Shown one piece after another: positions 1 through 12,085 of a stretch of 64,000 nucleotides of DNA. Where the stretch lies: positions 36,086,001 to 36,150,000 of the forward strand of contig NC_086109.1 in assembly GCF_963921235.1 (NCBI RefSeq). The letters are read 5' to 3'. This DNA is from Mobula hypostoma (lineage: Eukaryota). Within the stretch, counting starts at the first letter, position 1. Every line of letters starts with the position of its first letter. The translations under genes were made by a program, and so were the position numbers. The notes under the pieces were generated by a model, which did not search any database, was not told the origin of the DNA, and worked only from the letters and a program-made list of their open reading frames with translations.

Positions 1-1088
1 AACCAAACTGGAGGACTGCTACCCAATCTATGGTGTTGCAAACTGAAGCTGGTTATTGTAGACCAAGGTCAATGATGCCCCCCAAGGCTACCTGGTCTAC
101 TCCAATGAAAATAAACAGACTTCCACCACTAATGCTGCACCTGCCAACATCACACTACTTTGGACAAGGTTCCATGGAAAACAAGATTAAACGAAGCACA
201 AGGAAGATTGTTTGACCTCTCTACTCAATTGATCCATCAAACAATCAAATTGATTAAGCAATTTGGCTTGAAATATGTGTTTCTTATTTATATTTCACAT
301 GGTTATAATGTGATTGTTAACATGACAGAAATGGTAAGGCATAGGACCATCAAAGACCAAGGAATTGAGTTGAAGTAGCTGCATTAATGGTTGGATTAGT
401 TTGCTGTTAAAAGCTCATTCAGGATAGGAATTTCGAGCTTGTCTCTTCTTTCCCAGCTCTTAGCTGAAAGCACTCCCATGAAGTGAAGGTGGGCTACCAT
501 CATGAATCTTGTCTTCTCTACAGTTGATTATGCATGATGCTCATTAGATTATGGATCGCACACCAGAGTAATAGGCAGTCTTAGCTTTGTCATTGAAGCA
601 ACATCAATGTAGTCAGGATTATGATTACTCAGAATTGTATCATGGTCTTGGCTACACCTAACAGGCACTCGTGGGGTAGACTCCCATTTGATTGCGGAAC
701 GTTATATCTGAGTTTATATCTGAAATAGCTGTGCATATATAACCTATAGTGTTCTATGTCATGAACATTAATCTATGTTAAACCCCAGCCAGCAGCTATG
801 TAGATAGTGCCCCTCCTGCTGTATACCAAAGGGAATGCACCCTAATGCACCCAGCTCTCTGAACAACTGATCTGTGCTGTAATCTCAGGTTCAAGACCCC
901 AACATGATTCCTGATAGATGTTTAGAAAGTTATTTTTTTTTATAGAACTTGAGTTTTTTTTTTAAAAAAGCAAATTCTAGTTTAGTAAACAAATAAAATT
1001 AATTTCACCAAGCCTGTGAATGAATGATAATTCCTTTTAATGGGACTAGTATCCTACAGATGCATGTTCAGCTGTGCAAGATTAACAG

Positions 1089-1157
1089 ATGGTGTTAGCT
1101 GGGCTTTGAAATACAAAATGGTTTCTCAATCAGTGTACTGTATGTATTCCTACTGGT
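1089..1157 (+). other. Candidate alternative cassette exon in last GRM4 intron
   Basis: ttaacAG acceptor (weak pyrimidine tract), GTAAGC donor at 1158; 69 nt, open in the phase-1 frame of the terminal exon. Confidence 0.25.
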
Positions 1158-2694
1158 GTAAGCTGTGACTTGTGCACTAAACGTGGGTGTTTGCACTGGA
1201 TGCCATATTGAAAGAAAAGTACTGCTTATTACACAAAAAGAATAGTCTTGCTTTGGTACACTGAATGTTCTGCTGATCGCCTTATTATTAATTTCTGAAA
1301 CCTGTTTCATTTGCTGTATTACAGTTACAAGAGTTATATCATTATATTGAATTGTACTCTATATTTGCATGATAATGCTTATCTATCCTTTCTATTAGAA
1401 ATGTCACATTTTCAAGGTTACAATGAAATAGGTTTTAATTTATTCCAATTCTAGCTTAGATGATGAAAATGACTGTAATTATTGAACCCTTAGCCATATT
1501 ATTATAAATTTTATATATTCCTTCAAAAATATCATTCATAGATGATGCACAATGTCAATATTATACTCCAACTGAATGTTCAGAAATTCAGGAATTTTTT
1601 TTACTTATGTTAGCTAAATTGTTTTCTACATTTTTGGATAGCAGAATTATAAAAAAAATTATAACACAGTGAACAACATTTAACTTGCTGGGCCCAAGTT
1701 AAGTGAAATCAGCTTCCTTTTTTTTTACATTACACCCCTGTGCGCTTCTTAACACTCGGGAAGGTTTATATTTGGGATATCTCCCTTCTGTCTTCGAGGG
1801 TGAATAGTTGCCCCTAAACTCTCACTATCTCCGCCCACGCCACTCCTGCATGGTTTTCTGTTCTTGTTCAGTCACCTCTCATGTTTAACAGAAGTGGGTC
1901 TAAACCTGATTGTGAACCTTTCATTGTGGTTTATCTTGTCCTTCCCCATGTCTGTGCTAAATCAAAGTGAATTGTGATCATTGTCAGAAGGCTGTTCTAT
2001 TGATACTCATTCCAACTATCTAGCTATATTCAGAAATACCAAGCTAAGAAAAGTCCTGTCCCCACGCTTTGCATTCCCCTTGCAACCTACTGTAATTGTT
2101 TTTCTTCAATATAATTCAGATTATTTTTTCCTGTATGTCTGTAATGCTATTTCTATTGCAGTTGATGGTTCTATTGTTGCATTTTTATGTATTAGGCTCC
2201 TTACCTTCCAAGATGTTAGTTTAGGAAAGAGAACATTGTCTTGCAATTAGGGAAATAGACCAATTTGAATTTATTTTTATCTAATTGGAATTTAGATGTT
2301 TTAAAATTATAATTAATTAACAATTAATTTTATCAATTTATATGTGCAGCAGCATAGTTTCAATAGCAATACACAGAACATTTTGTATTAATGAATACAT
2401 TGTTTCTGAAAAATATTAGTTCATGGTTAAATTTAATTAAATAATTTTATAAAGCAATCTATTCTTTGTTGAACCTCAGTACAAGCATATTCTGGTCATC
2501 TTAAATACATTCATTGAATGTCCTGTTTGTCAGGGAACATTAAGAAATTAGATAATTTAAATTGTCTCACATACTAAAACACAACAGTTTCAGATGTTTG
2601 ATTCTGTGAATTGATTGTGGAATTTTGTATAAATTTCATAAGTAAAGGTGACTCTGCCATTGATGTATTCTTGATGTTTATTTGTCCTTTACAG

Positions 2695-2744
2695 CATTAG
2701 CTACTAAACAAACATACGTCAGCTACAGCAATCATGCAATCTGA
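2695..2744 (+). CDS. GRM4: Terminal coding exon of metabotropic glutamate receptor 4 (C-terminal 16 aa incl. PDZ-ligand end)
   Basis: Acceptor ttatttgtcctttacag ends at 2694; phase-1 reading gives (A)LATKQTYVSYSNHAI-TGA, matching the mammalian mGluR4 C-terminus ALATKQTYVTYTNHAI as I recall it (mGluR8a ends TYISYSNHSI, mGluR7a YVSYNNLVI). Confidence 0.93.
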
Positions 2745-3285
2745 ATGAATGTGACACTCCATCAGGGTCTTTCGAGATTTCGAAGTGAAAAAAGACAGAT
2801 GCATCATTGGTCTGGATATCCACTTACAGACGCCAGCAGCAGCCATTGCAGAGTTCCCAACAGACTGATAGTAAAAGGATTATATCCAAGCTTAACATTC
2901 ACTGGGAGACCCAAAATATCAAGATGACATACTGCACAGAAGAAAGATGACTATTCCTCCATCTTTTGATTCCTTAAGATTTGTCAACAGAATTAACTCC
3001 CTAAATCTTGTGAAGTTGTCTGTGATTGTGTCAGAGTTGTTTTTATTTCTATTGATTTTGAACTTAAATCTATGTGTTGCAAAATGAAATATGTCTAAGT
3101 GCTCACCAAATAGATGGCAAGTTAATGTATGTGACATACTGACTGAAAAAACAATGTCTGCTTTATGTCCTGACCAATCAAAAGTACAGTGCCTGGTTGT
3201 TTATGAATACGTAATGGAAAGTGTAGAGCATGTTCATTTTTATACAAAAATTTCTAATAAAACAGTGTTTTGCAACTCTGTGGGG
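2745..3285 (+). other. GRM4: GRM4 3' UTR (to proximal poly(A) site)
   Basis: Repeat-free sequence after the stop codon, ending at AATAAA followed by a GU/U-rich tract; exact 3' end inferred. Confidence 0.65.
3256..3261 (+). terminator. Polyadenylation signal AATAAA
   Basis: tttctAATAAAacagtgttttgcaactctgtggggtttct; about 510 nt after the stop with downstream GT-rich element. Confidence 0.65.
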
Positions 3286-5599
3286 TTTCTTTACAGTGAA
3301 TAGATCTGTTTGAGTGACTTGTATGGTGGTGAATGTATTCCAAACATTTGGATGCGTTTTCCCCTTCCCTTAGTTTTCTTCCTGTAGGTGGTGTACTTAA
3401 AATTGCAATTAAGCTAACTTCTTAATTTGGCTGTTAGTTGGTAGGTCAGAACTAAAGAATTAATTCAAATTATTCAGATATAAGTTTAAGCCATGTTTGT
3501 CTTGCATGTACTAATTCATCTAAGTAGTTCATAAGTATTTTTGGTTAAAGTGGGATAATGCCTTTGATTTATTTATTTAAATATAATCTGGATGTTTCTT
3601 TTGCTTTAACATAAATATTTTTTTCTTATGAATTTGTCTTATAATACAAGAAGCAATTATATCCCAAAATATAGGCATACCAAACCCAGTAAACAAATCT
3701 TTCATTGATGAACCAATTAATAGTGAACAAAAAAACATTTTCTTTTTAATTAGAAGTTATTCAGGCCTCTTTTTATTTATTAAAAAGATGTTTTGATCTT
3801 CTTTCTATGCCAACATGATTGGAAACACAAAATATCTGAACATTGAACACAAAAAAAGTTTGCCAAGTTAGAATTCCCACAACTAATTTGCATTATTGCA
3901 CGGGACACTAGTGGCTATAGAAATGAAGCAGAAACCAAACCTAATGCAGCTGATTGATCTGCGGGATACAGTCTGGTTGTGGCTGGTAGAAACTGGGTGA
4001 CTAGTATGGAAGTCAAACTCCCATGCTCCTCCAAACATTGACAGCATATTGGTGCAGGTACTGCAGCAGTTTGGCAGTCATGCAGATGTAAATGTTTATT
4101 TATCAGTTTACATTGCATATAACAAGTGTTGTGTAGACTGTTTTAAGCCTGTAAATAATAACGAAGGGGAACATGGAAGACGCAGCTGTCAACCATTTGC
4201 ACTCCTTTTAGATTGCCTCCCACTGTACCCTCTGGCTGAGATCTCAGTGTCCTAAGTTTCATCTCCACCCTTTCTGGAATTTACAGCTGGCAGAGGGGGA
4301 TATATCTGTCACACATAGTGAAATGCTAATGAGCCTGGTGGAGTAATATATAAGGGGCCTCATTAGAACTAATTTCACTTTAATCAATAGGTCATGGTTT
4401 CCTGAACACAATTAAGATATTCAGGAGCACACAATGAGTATGGGAAATAATTTCAAATGACTAGATTTCAAATGAAATAAATATTGATGTTTTGTACATA
4501 TTTGATGTTCTCAAATCATTCTGAAAGGTTTTTGAGCGACAATTGTTCAGTTGATAGACTTGGCAATTAACTTTTGAACTAATATCTTACGAAGAGCAGT
4601 AAGGTATGTTGTCAAGTATATCTCCCCGTTCTTCTTTAAATAATGCAATTGGATCCTTTATCTCTCCCTGAATAAACAAAGGACAAACTTCCAATTATAC
4701 ATTTATATTTGACACATGGCAAGGCTTGGAGTCTAAAGCCACAGCGTGTAACATTATTAATGTACTAGTACCGTAATAATTAATGTCCCTGGATGTTGCT
4801 GTCATTAGTGTTTCTACTTTGTAATTTACTATCAGATTTATTGAGGTGACTGCCCAGAAATTCTAAATTAGTTATGATATTAGTGTCACCTCAGATCATT
4901 TGTGCTGAGGAACCTATGATACATTTTAATTTTACAAAAAGGAAATTAAGAGCCTTATTAAATATTCGTCTAAATTTTGAAACAGCATAAATTACGTTCA
5001 ATTATTTTGGTCCCTGCCTTCATGGTTATTAGATATCTTTAAATATCTCAGCAAATTCATAAACTTATTAGCATGTACCAGTTAGAGTTGATGCAGTTAC
5101 TGCCTCACATCTTAATGCCTTGCAACTGACAGGGTGTTTCCCATATCTTTGAACACAAGGAGGCAGTTTCTTATAGATATACCTTCAGAAAACTTCTTTT
5201 GGCTGGTCAACTTGCATCTGCATTATAATTACAATTAAAGTTTATCTATCACATGCCTTTCAATGCTGCTTCCGTTTCTTAATTGCTGATTTTCCTAAGA
5301 TCCTTACTGAATTGAAAGCACTATTGCATGTTTGTAAATTTATTTTCATCCATAGGAAATGAGTCAAAAATAAGTTACGTAAGTTACACTGGTGGTATCA
5401 AAGTAACTTCCTGAACCTTGTTTTGAACTAACTGCTCCACTGAGTCTGGAGTTGTAGATGGAAATAGATGTTATTCGATCAATACAAAGATGTAGATGAG
5501 AATCTCCCAGGGAGACATTGAGTTTCATAGGTTAAAAACAAAAGACAATGATTGAAAATCAAGCAGATGTTATTCTGACTTTTCCTAATTCTGATTAGA

Positions 5600-5867
5600 T
5601 CACAATCCATGAACTCAATTTCAGAGACACTTTATCTCATTCTCTTGATAATTATTGCTCACTTATTATTATTTTCCTGTTTTGTTTTCTTTTTGTATTT
5701 GCATAGTTTGTCTTTTACACAGTGCTGTCTGTCTTGTTCTGTGCCATCTTTCATTGATTCTATTGAGTTTCTTTGTATTTACTGTGAATAAACACAATAA
5801 ATTGAAACTCAGGGTTGTATATGGTGACATATATGTACTTCGGTAATTACTTTGTATGTTTTTGACT
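5600..5867 (+). mobile_element. 3' end fragment of Rex1/Babar-like LINE
   Basis: Contains ctcagggttgtatatggtgacatatatgtactt, exact reverse complement of the 3' terminus of the LINE at 6274-7712. Confidence 0.7.
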
Positions 5868-6273
5868 TTCCTCTGGATATACTGTAAGACAGAAGCCCCT
5901 CATCCCCACCTCCTCACAAGCAAACACACACACACAGTTATCTTGATTTTAATAATACCAAATTCCATCATTTCCATGTTCAGTCAGGAAGGAAGTGCCA
6001 TTCAGTCAACCCAATAAATATTGTGTATCATCCATATCTTACTTGTGATCCTGTCCATCAGGGGTCTGATGCAATGTACTGTTGTGTTGACATATATGTA
6101 TATAATCATGTCAGTGCTGAAGTAATTCATCCTTCTGACTCAGAATTCCTTGTATTGTTCAAGTCCCTGCTTCAGGATCAGCTTAGTTGATTAGAATACA
6201 AAGCATATACAAGATGGCAATTAGCACTTAAGTGCAAACTACCATGATGACTGTAAGAATTGGATACTGGAAA

Positions 6274-7712
6274 TTCAAAGTTCAAAATAAATTTATTATC
6301 AAAGTACATATATGTCACCATATACAACCCTGAGATTCATTTCATTTTCTTATGGGCATACTTAATAAATCCATAATAGAATAATAACCATAATAGTCTC
6401 AATGAAAAACTGCACCAAATTAAGCATTCTGTGTGCAAAAGACAACAATCTGTGCAAATATGAAAAGAAATGAATAATAATAATAAATAAATAAGCAGTA
6501 AATATTGAGAATATAAGATGAAGAGTTCTTTCAAGTGAGTTCACAGATTGTGAGAATATTTCAATGAGGGTGCAAGTGAAGTTGATTGAAATTATTTTCT
6601 TTGGTTCAAGACCCTGATGGTTGAGGGGTAATAACTGTTCCTAAACCTGTTGGAGTGAGTCTTGAGGCTCTTGTACATTCTTCCTGATGGCAGAAGTGAG
6701 AAGAGAGCATGACCTGTGTGGTGGGGGTCCCCGTTGATGAATGCTACTTTCCTGTGACCATGTTCTGTGTAGATGTGCACAGTGGTGGGGAGGATTTTTA
6801 CCCATGATGGACTTGGCCACGTCCACTACTTTTTGTAGGATTTTCCGCTCATTAGTGTTTCCATACCAGGCTGTGATGCATCCAGTCAATATACTCTCCA
6901 TCACACATCTATAGAAGTTTGTCAAACTTTTAGATGTCATGCTGAATCTTTGCAAACTCCTAAGAAAATAGAGCTGCTGCCGTGCTTTCTTCATAAGTGC
7001 ACTTCTGTGCTGGGCCCAGGACAGGTCCTCTGAAATGATAACACTGAGGAATTTAAAGTTGCTGGCCCTCTCCTCCTCTGATGCTCTCATGTGGACTGGC
7101 TCATGGACCTATGGTTTCTGCCTCCTGAAGTCAACATGCAACTACTTGGTCTTGTTGATATTAAGAAGTTGTTGTAATGACACCACTCAGCCAGATTTTC
7201 GATCTCCATTCTATATGCTGATTCATCACCTTCTTTGATTCAGCCTACAACAGTGGTGCCATCAGCAAACTTAAATTTGGCATTGGAGCAGTGCTTAGCC
7301 ACACAGTCATAAGTGTAAAAAGAGTAGAGCAGGGGGCTAAGCACACAGCTTTGTGATGCACCTGGCCTGATGGAGATTGTGGAGGAGATCTTGTTGCCAA
7401 TCCAAACTCTGCAAGTGAGGAAATCGATAATCAAATTGCACATGGAGGTATTGAGGCCTATTGAATAATTTTGAAGGGATAATAGTATTGAATGCCAAGC
7501 TTCAGACTATAAAGTGCATCCTGATGACTGCATCTTTGTTGTCCAGATATTCCAGGGCTGAGTGAAGAACCAATGAGGTGGCATGTGCTTGGACCTGTGT
7601 GCCAGTAGGAAAATTGAAGTGATTCCAAGTGCATCTCAGGCACAAGTTGGTTATATTTCATTACCAACCTCTCAAAACACATCATCGCTGTGGATATAGG
7701 TGCTACTGGACA
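6274..7712 (-). mobile_element. Rex1/Babar-like LINE, 5'-truncated, frameshifted RT
   Basis: ORF pieces MMCFERLV, GASQSCVLSPLLYSFYT, KFADGTTVVG, KKARQQLYFLRSL, FYRCVMESILTGCITAWYG, HALFSLLPSGR; (TTTGAA)n tail at 6274-6290. Confidence 0.85.
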
Positions 7713-8366
7713 AATTTGTGGGCAATCTGTCTCCAGTTCCTTCTTTTCTATCTGCAGTGACAGATATATTGATTTATCAAAGACTGAAAAGTAATTCCAA
7801 AGAAAAGTAATTCAAAGACTTATGTGTAACTTTATTTAATGTGTAACTAACTTTAATATACTTCTCTCTTTTCATCCATAGTTATTAAACATTAGGATTA
7901 TTTTTCTTTAGAATTTTCTTTCATTCTTTGATTGATGTAGAACGATATTAATAGTTAATATATGTAACACTATATTAAACAATACATATGGCAAAAGGCT
8001 GGATTTATGTAATTTCATCAATAACGTTGCTGTCTCAATACACTTATCTTTCAACCACGTGCTTTTTTGACTATTTCATATTTTATTCTTCCAGGAAGTT
8101 GACTTCTTGCTAAACGTTTCAGAAGATGGCAAATTCTCAAAAGCAGCAATGTGATCTTTGAGGAGGCTGAAGGATAAATATTATTCAGTACATCTTTGCA
8201 TTGTAACTTCAAGTAATACCATGAGATCCTTTACAGTCTGGTGTTGTGGTTTAAAATCTTGTCTAAAGGATGCATCTCTAGTGGCAAAGCAATCACCCCA
8301 GGATGTCAACACAATCAAATGCAGACAAGAGTTCTTTTGCAAAGTCATAGCTGAGATTGCCATCTA

Positions 8367-10002
8367 AGTGCCTATAAAAAAGTATTCACACCTTTGAAGT
8401 TTTCATGTTTTATTGTTTTACAACATTGAATCACAATGGATTTATTTTGGCTGTTTTGACACTGATCAACAGAAAAGGAATCTTTCAGTTAAAGTGAAAA
8501 CAGATCTCAACAAAGCGGTCTAAATTAATTACAAATATAAACGACAAATAATTGGTTGCATAGTGATTCACACCATTCAAGTCAGTATTTAATAGATGCA
8601 CCTTTGGCAGAAATTACAGCCTTGAGTCTGTGTGGATAGGTCTCTATCAGCTTTGCACATCTGGACACTGCAATTTTTCCCCATGTTTCTTTACAAAACT
8701 GCTCAAGTTCTGTCAGGTTGCATGGGGATCATGAGTGAACAGCCCTTTTCAAGTCTAGCCACAAATTCTCAATTGGATTGAAGTCTAGACTCCAACATGG
8801 CCACTCCAGGACATTAACTTTGTTGTTTTAAGCCATTTCTGTGTAGCTTTAGCTTTATACTTAGGGTCATTGTCTTGCTGAAAAACAAATCTTCCCCCAT
8901 GTCGCAATTCTCTTGCAGACTGCATTAGGTTTTCCTACAAGATTCTTCTGTATTTTGCTGCATTCATTTTACACTCTACCTTCACAAGTCTTCCAGGGTC
9001 TGCTGCAGTGAAGCAACCCCACAGCTTCATACAGCCAACACCATGCTTCACAGTAGGGATGGTGTGTCTTTGATGATGTGTGGTGTTTGCCTTATGCCAA
9101 ACATAGTGTTTAATCTGATAGCCAAGAATCTGAATTTTGATTTTGTCAGACCATAGAACCTTCTTTCAGCTGACTTCAGAATTTCTCACATGCCTTCTGG
9201 CAAGCTCCAGCCAAGATTTCATGCAAGTTTTTTTTTCAGCAGTGGCTTTTCCTTTGCCATTCTTCCATAGAGTTGCAACTTTTGAAGGACCCAGGCAACA
9301 ATTGTTGCATGTGCAGTCTCTCCCATATCAGCCACTGAAACTCGTAACTCCTCCAGAGCTATCATACGTCTCTTAATGGCCTTCCACACTAGTTCCCTTC
9401 TTACATGTCACTCAGTTCTTGAGAATGGTCTGCTCTAGGCAGATTTACAGCTGTGCCATATTCTTTCCATTTCTTGATGATTGACTTAACTGTACTCCAA
9501 GGGATATTCAGTGACTTGGAAATGTTCTTGTATCCATCTCCTGCATTGTGCTTTTAATAACCTTTTTGCAAAGTTGCTTGCAATGTTCTTTTAACTTCAT
9601 AGTGTGGTTTTTGCTAGGATACTGACTTACCAGCAGTTGGACCTTCCATATTCAGGTGTATTTTTACTACAATCAGTTGAAACCCTTTGACTGCACACAG
9701 GTCCCCAAAAGCAGATCTCCATTTTACTAATTATGTGATTTCTAAATCCAAATAGCTGCACCAGTGATGATTTGGTGTGTCATATTAAAGGAGGTGAATA
9801 CTTATACACACAATTATTTTGTGTTTTATATTTGTAATTAATTTAGATCACTTTTTAGAGATCTGTTTTCACTTTAACACATAAGTCTTTTTCTGTTGCT
9901 CAGTGTCAAAAAAAAGCCAAATTAAATCCATTGTGATTCAATTTTTTAAAACAATAAAACATGAAAACATCTGAGGGGAATGAGTACATTTTATAGGCAC
10001 TG
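8367..10002 (-). mobile_element. Tc1-family DNA transposon, full length (~1.64 kb), long IR/DR-type TIRs
   Basis: TA-(c)agtgcctataaaa... left end and ...ttttataggcactg-TA right end; about 210 bp imperfect TIRs; decayed transposase inside. Confidence 0.92.
8582..9600 (-). pseudogene. Tc1 DD34E transposase pseudogene
   Basis: Minus-strand translation gives MKLKEHCKQ, GDGYKNISKSLNIPWSTVKSIIKKWKEYG (HTH), LWSD, FFQQDNDPKY, DFNPIENLW; no long ORF so disrupted. Confidence 0.88.
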
Positions 10003-10539
10003 TACTAGACCAATTCTAGTGTTGAGAGTCAAAAAATATTCTAGTTTTCTTCAATGCCTGTTAATGAAGAAGTCAAATAATGCAAATGTTCCCCTTTGTG
10101 GTTCCCATAGAAATTATCTCAGAATTATGTGCTTTGCCAAGGAGATACAGCAGGCATTTTCTTTGTAAGTAGACCATTGACATTGAAGATAGCTATTAAC
10201 TTAATTACATTCATTCAATACAGAGACAAGGCATACTAAAAACACTAGTAATTCTTTTGGATATGGCTATATGATTGATGCATTGCTAAAAAGATTTGAC
10301 TCAAATGCTGATTAATATTCATATTCCCTTCTTTTTAGAGTCACCCGCAGAGAAGTTAGATTGCCCAATGTTTTGAATGGTATGTAATTCTGATTTCATG
10401 AAAAAAAGAATGGATTGTGAAGACCTTTATTTTTGTTCTGAGTTCCACTATGTGTCTGACGTCTGAGGCATGATGCACCTTAGGCCTGACATTCCAGGAA
10501 TTTGCTACCACTTTCAGAATTTTCACTGATACAGCGGGA

Positions 10540-12085
10540 TGTACATGAGCCGGAAAGTTGGTCAAGATGGGGGCAAATGGAACCTAATCCTTACAAGTTT
10601 GAAATACTGCCTTTACAGAGTTCAAATTCTGTTAAGACATAGAGTAAATGGCAGGGAACATACTGTAGAAGTTGTGATTTACAGTGACACCGTGGAGTCA
10701 TTGTAAATGGCAGGGAACTTAAAAGCTTTGATTTACAGTGACACCTTCCAGTTTAAGATGGCACTGGTGAATCTCAGCAACTTCTGGCTGGTGGCTAATG
10801 AAACAAGGGAAACAGCTAAATACTTTATTAATTATACTTTCTCTGGCAAACAATCATCGCAAGCAATAGTCTATAACTTTCCCCTGGATTTGGAGGCAAT
10901 TCGATGTGGCAGAACTGAGGCAAGGTAAGGTGTGAGCCCATCACCAAGATCAGGAAGACTCGCGATTCGATCATTTTAAAAGCTATGTATAAGTCCAAAT
11001 TGAGGGGGCAAGGTCCGGGCAAGGTCCCGATTCAACTGAACTCGATGTTTCGCCGGAGGCATAAGCACAGGGGTGATTTGGAAAGGTCTGTTACAAGCAG
11101 AATTAAGGTGGTGGGGTCCTGGCCCAGAGAGTGTATCGAGGCAGTGGAACCTGATTTTTGGATGATGAATTAGTCGCTGGGCCAGATAGACAAGATCAGG
11201 GTGTCGGAACCCCAGGTGAGAGATGGGCCAGTTTGGATCACTGCTCCACGACGCGGCTCAGCGCTGAACTATGGGACTTTCTTTGTGGACTTCAGTTCAG
11301 AGCACTGTTTGCTTGCAGTTACCGTATGCACGATGTGATTTTTCTCTCTGCACATTGGGAGTTCGGTGGTCTTTTTTATATGGCTTCTTTTGGGTTTCTT
11401 TGTTTTGTGGCTGCCTGTAAGGAGGCAAATCTCAAGGTTGCATAATATTTCCTTTGAAAATAAAAATACTTTGAACTTTGAACTTTTGAACTTGGGGTTG
11501 TAATTCCTTAGCTCCCTGTAAGTGATGACGCAGGTGGATAAGATATTATAAAGTACATTTGGTACATTTGCCTTCATAGGCTGAAGCATTGATTATATGT
11601 GTAAAGACTTTATATTGCAGGTGCACAAAATGTTGATCAGATTGTACTCGGTAACAGTAGGGAGAGTGCAGAAGTAATTCATCAGAGAGTTACCTGGAAT
11701 GTAGGATTGTAGTTACTGTATAACGAGAGATTGGATTGACTTTGTTTATTTTCACTGACACAGAAAAGGCTGAATGGTGTCCTTCCAAATATGTGCAAAA
11801 TTATGAGGGTTATATACAAGAAAGATAGAAACATTTCCCTGTCTAGAACTAGAACACATATGTTTAAGATGAGAGGGGAGTAATTTAAGGGAGATCTGAA
11901 GGTTTTGTTTTTCACACAGAACAGTGAATATTTGGAATAAGCAGCCAGAGGAGGTAGTGAGGCAAATAGTATTTAAAACATTTGAATAGTCACTTGGATG
12001 AGAAAGGCGTAGAGGGAGATCAGCATAGACTGACATCATGATTGGCGTGGACAAGGTAGCCTGTTTCTGTGCGTTTTATGATTGT
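10540..12085 (+). mobile_element. Old CR1 LINE 3' fragment, split by insertion at 10746-11491
   Basis: Degenerate CR1 RT C-terminal and 3' UTR sequence (gtaaatggcaggga, caggtggataag, ttttcacacagaacagtg, cctgtttctgtgc) on both sides of the insert. Confidence 0.6.
10746..11491 (+). mobile_element. Non-autonomous element with AAGATGGC head and Rex1-type 3' end, (TTTGAA)n tail
   Basis: Starts ...aagatggcactgg, ends aatctcaaggttg...tactttgaactttgaacttttgaac like the Rex1-type tail at 6274; no RT ORF. Confidence 0.6.

Noticed and set aside
30..378. Short ORFs at window start
   Set aside because: No similarity to GRM4 exons; lie in the last intron, possibly an old LINE remnant.
8096..8155. Good acceptor followed by EVDFLLNVSEDGKFSKAAM*
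   Set aside because: Open only in phase 0 whereas GRM4 needs phase 1; peptide not recognised.
10339..10379. Possible mini-exon (ESPAEKLDCPMF*) with gtatgt donor
   Set aside because: Downstream of poly(A) signal, no recognisable homology; such splice-like pairs are common by chance.
10644..10745. Imperfect 59-bp tandem duplication
   Set aside because: Local duplication within a decayed CR1 next to an insertion.
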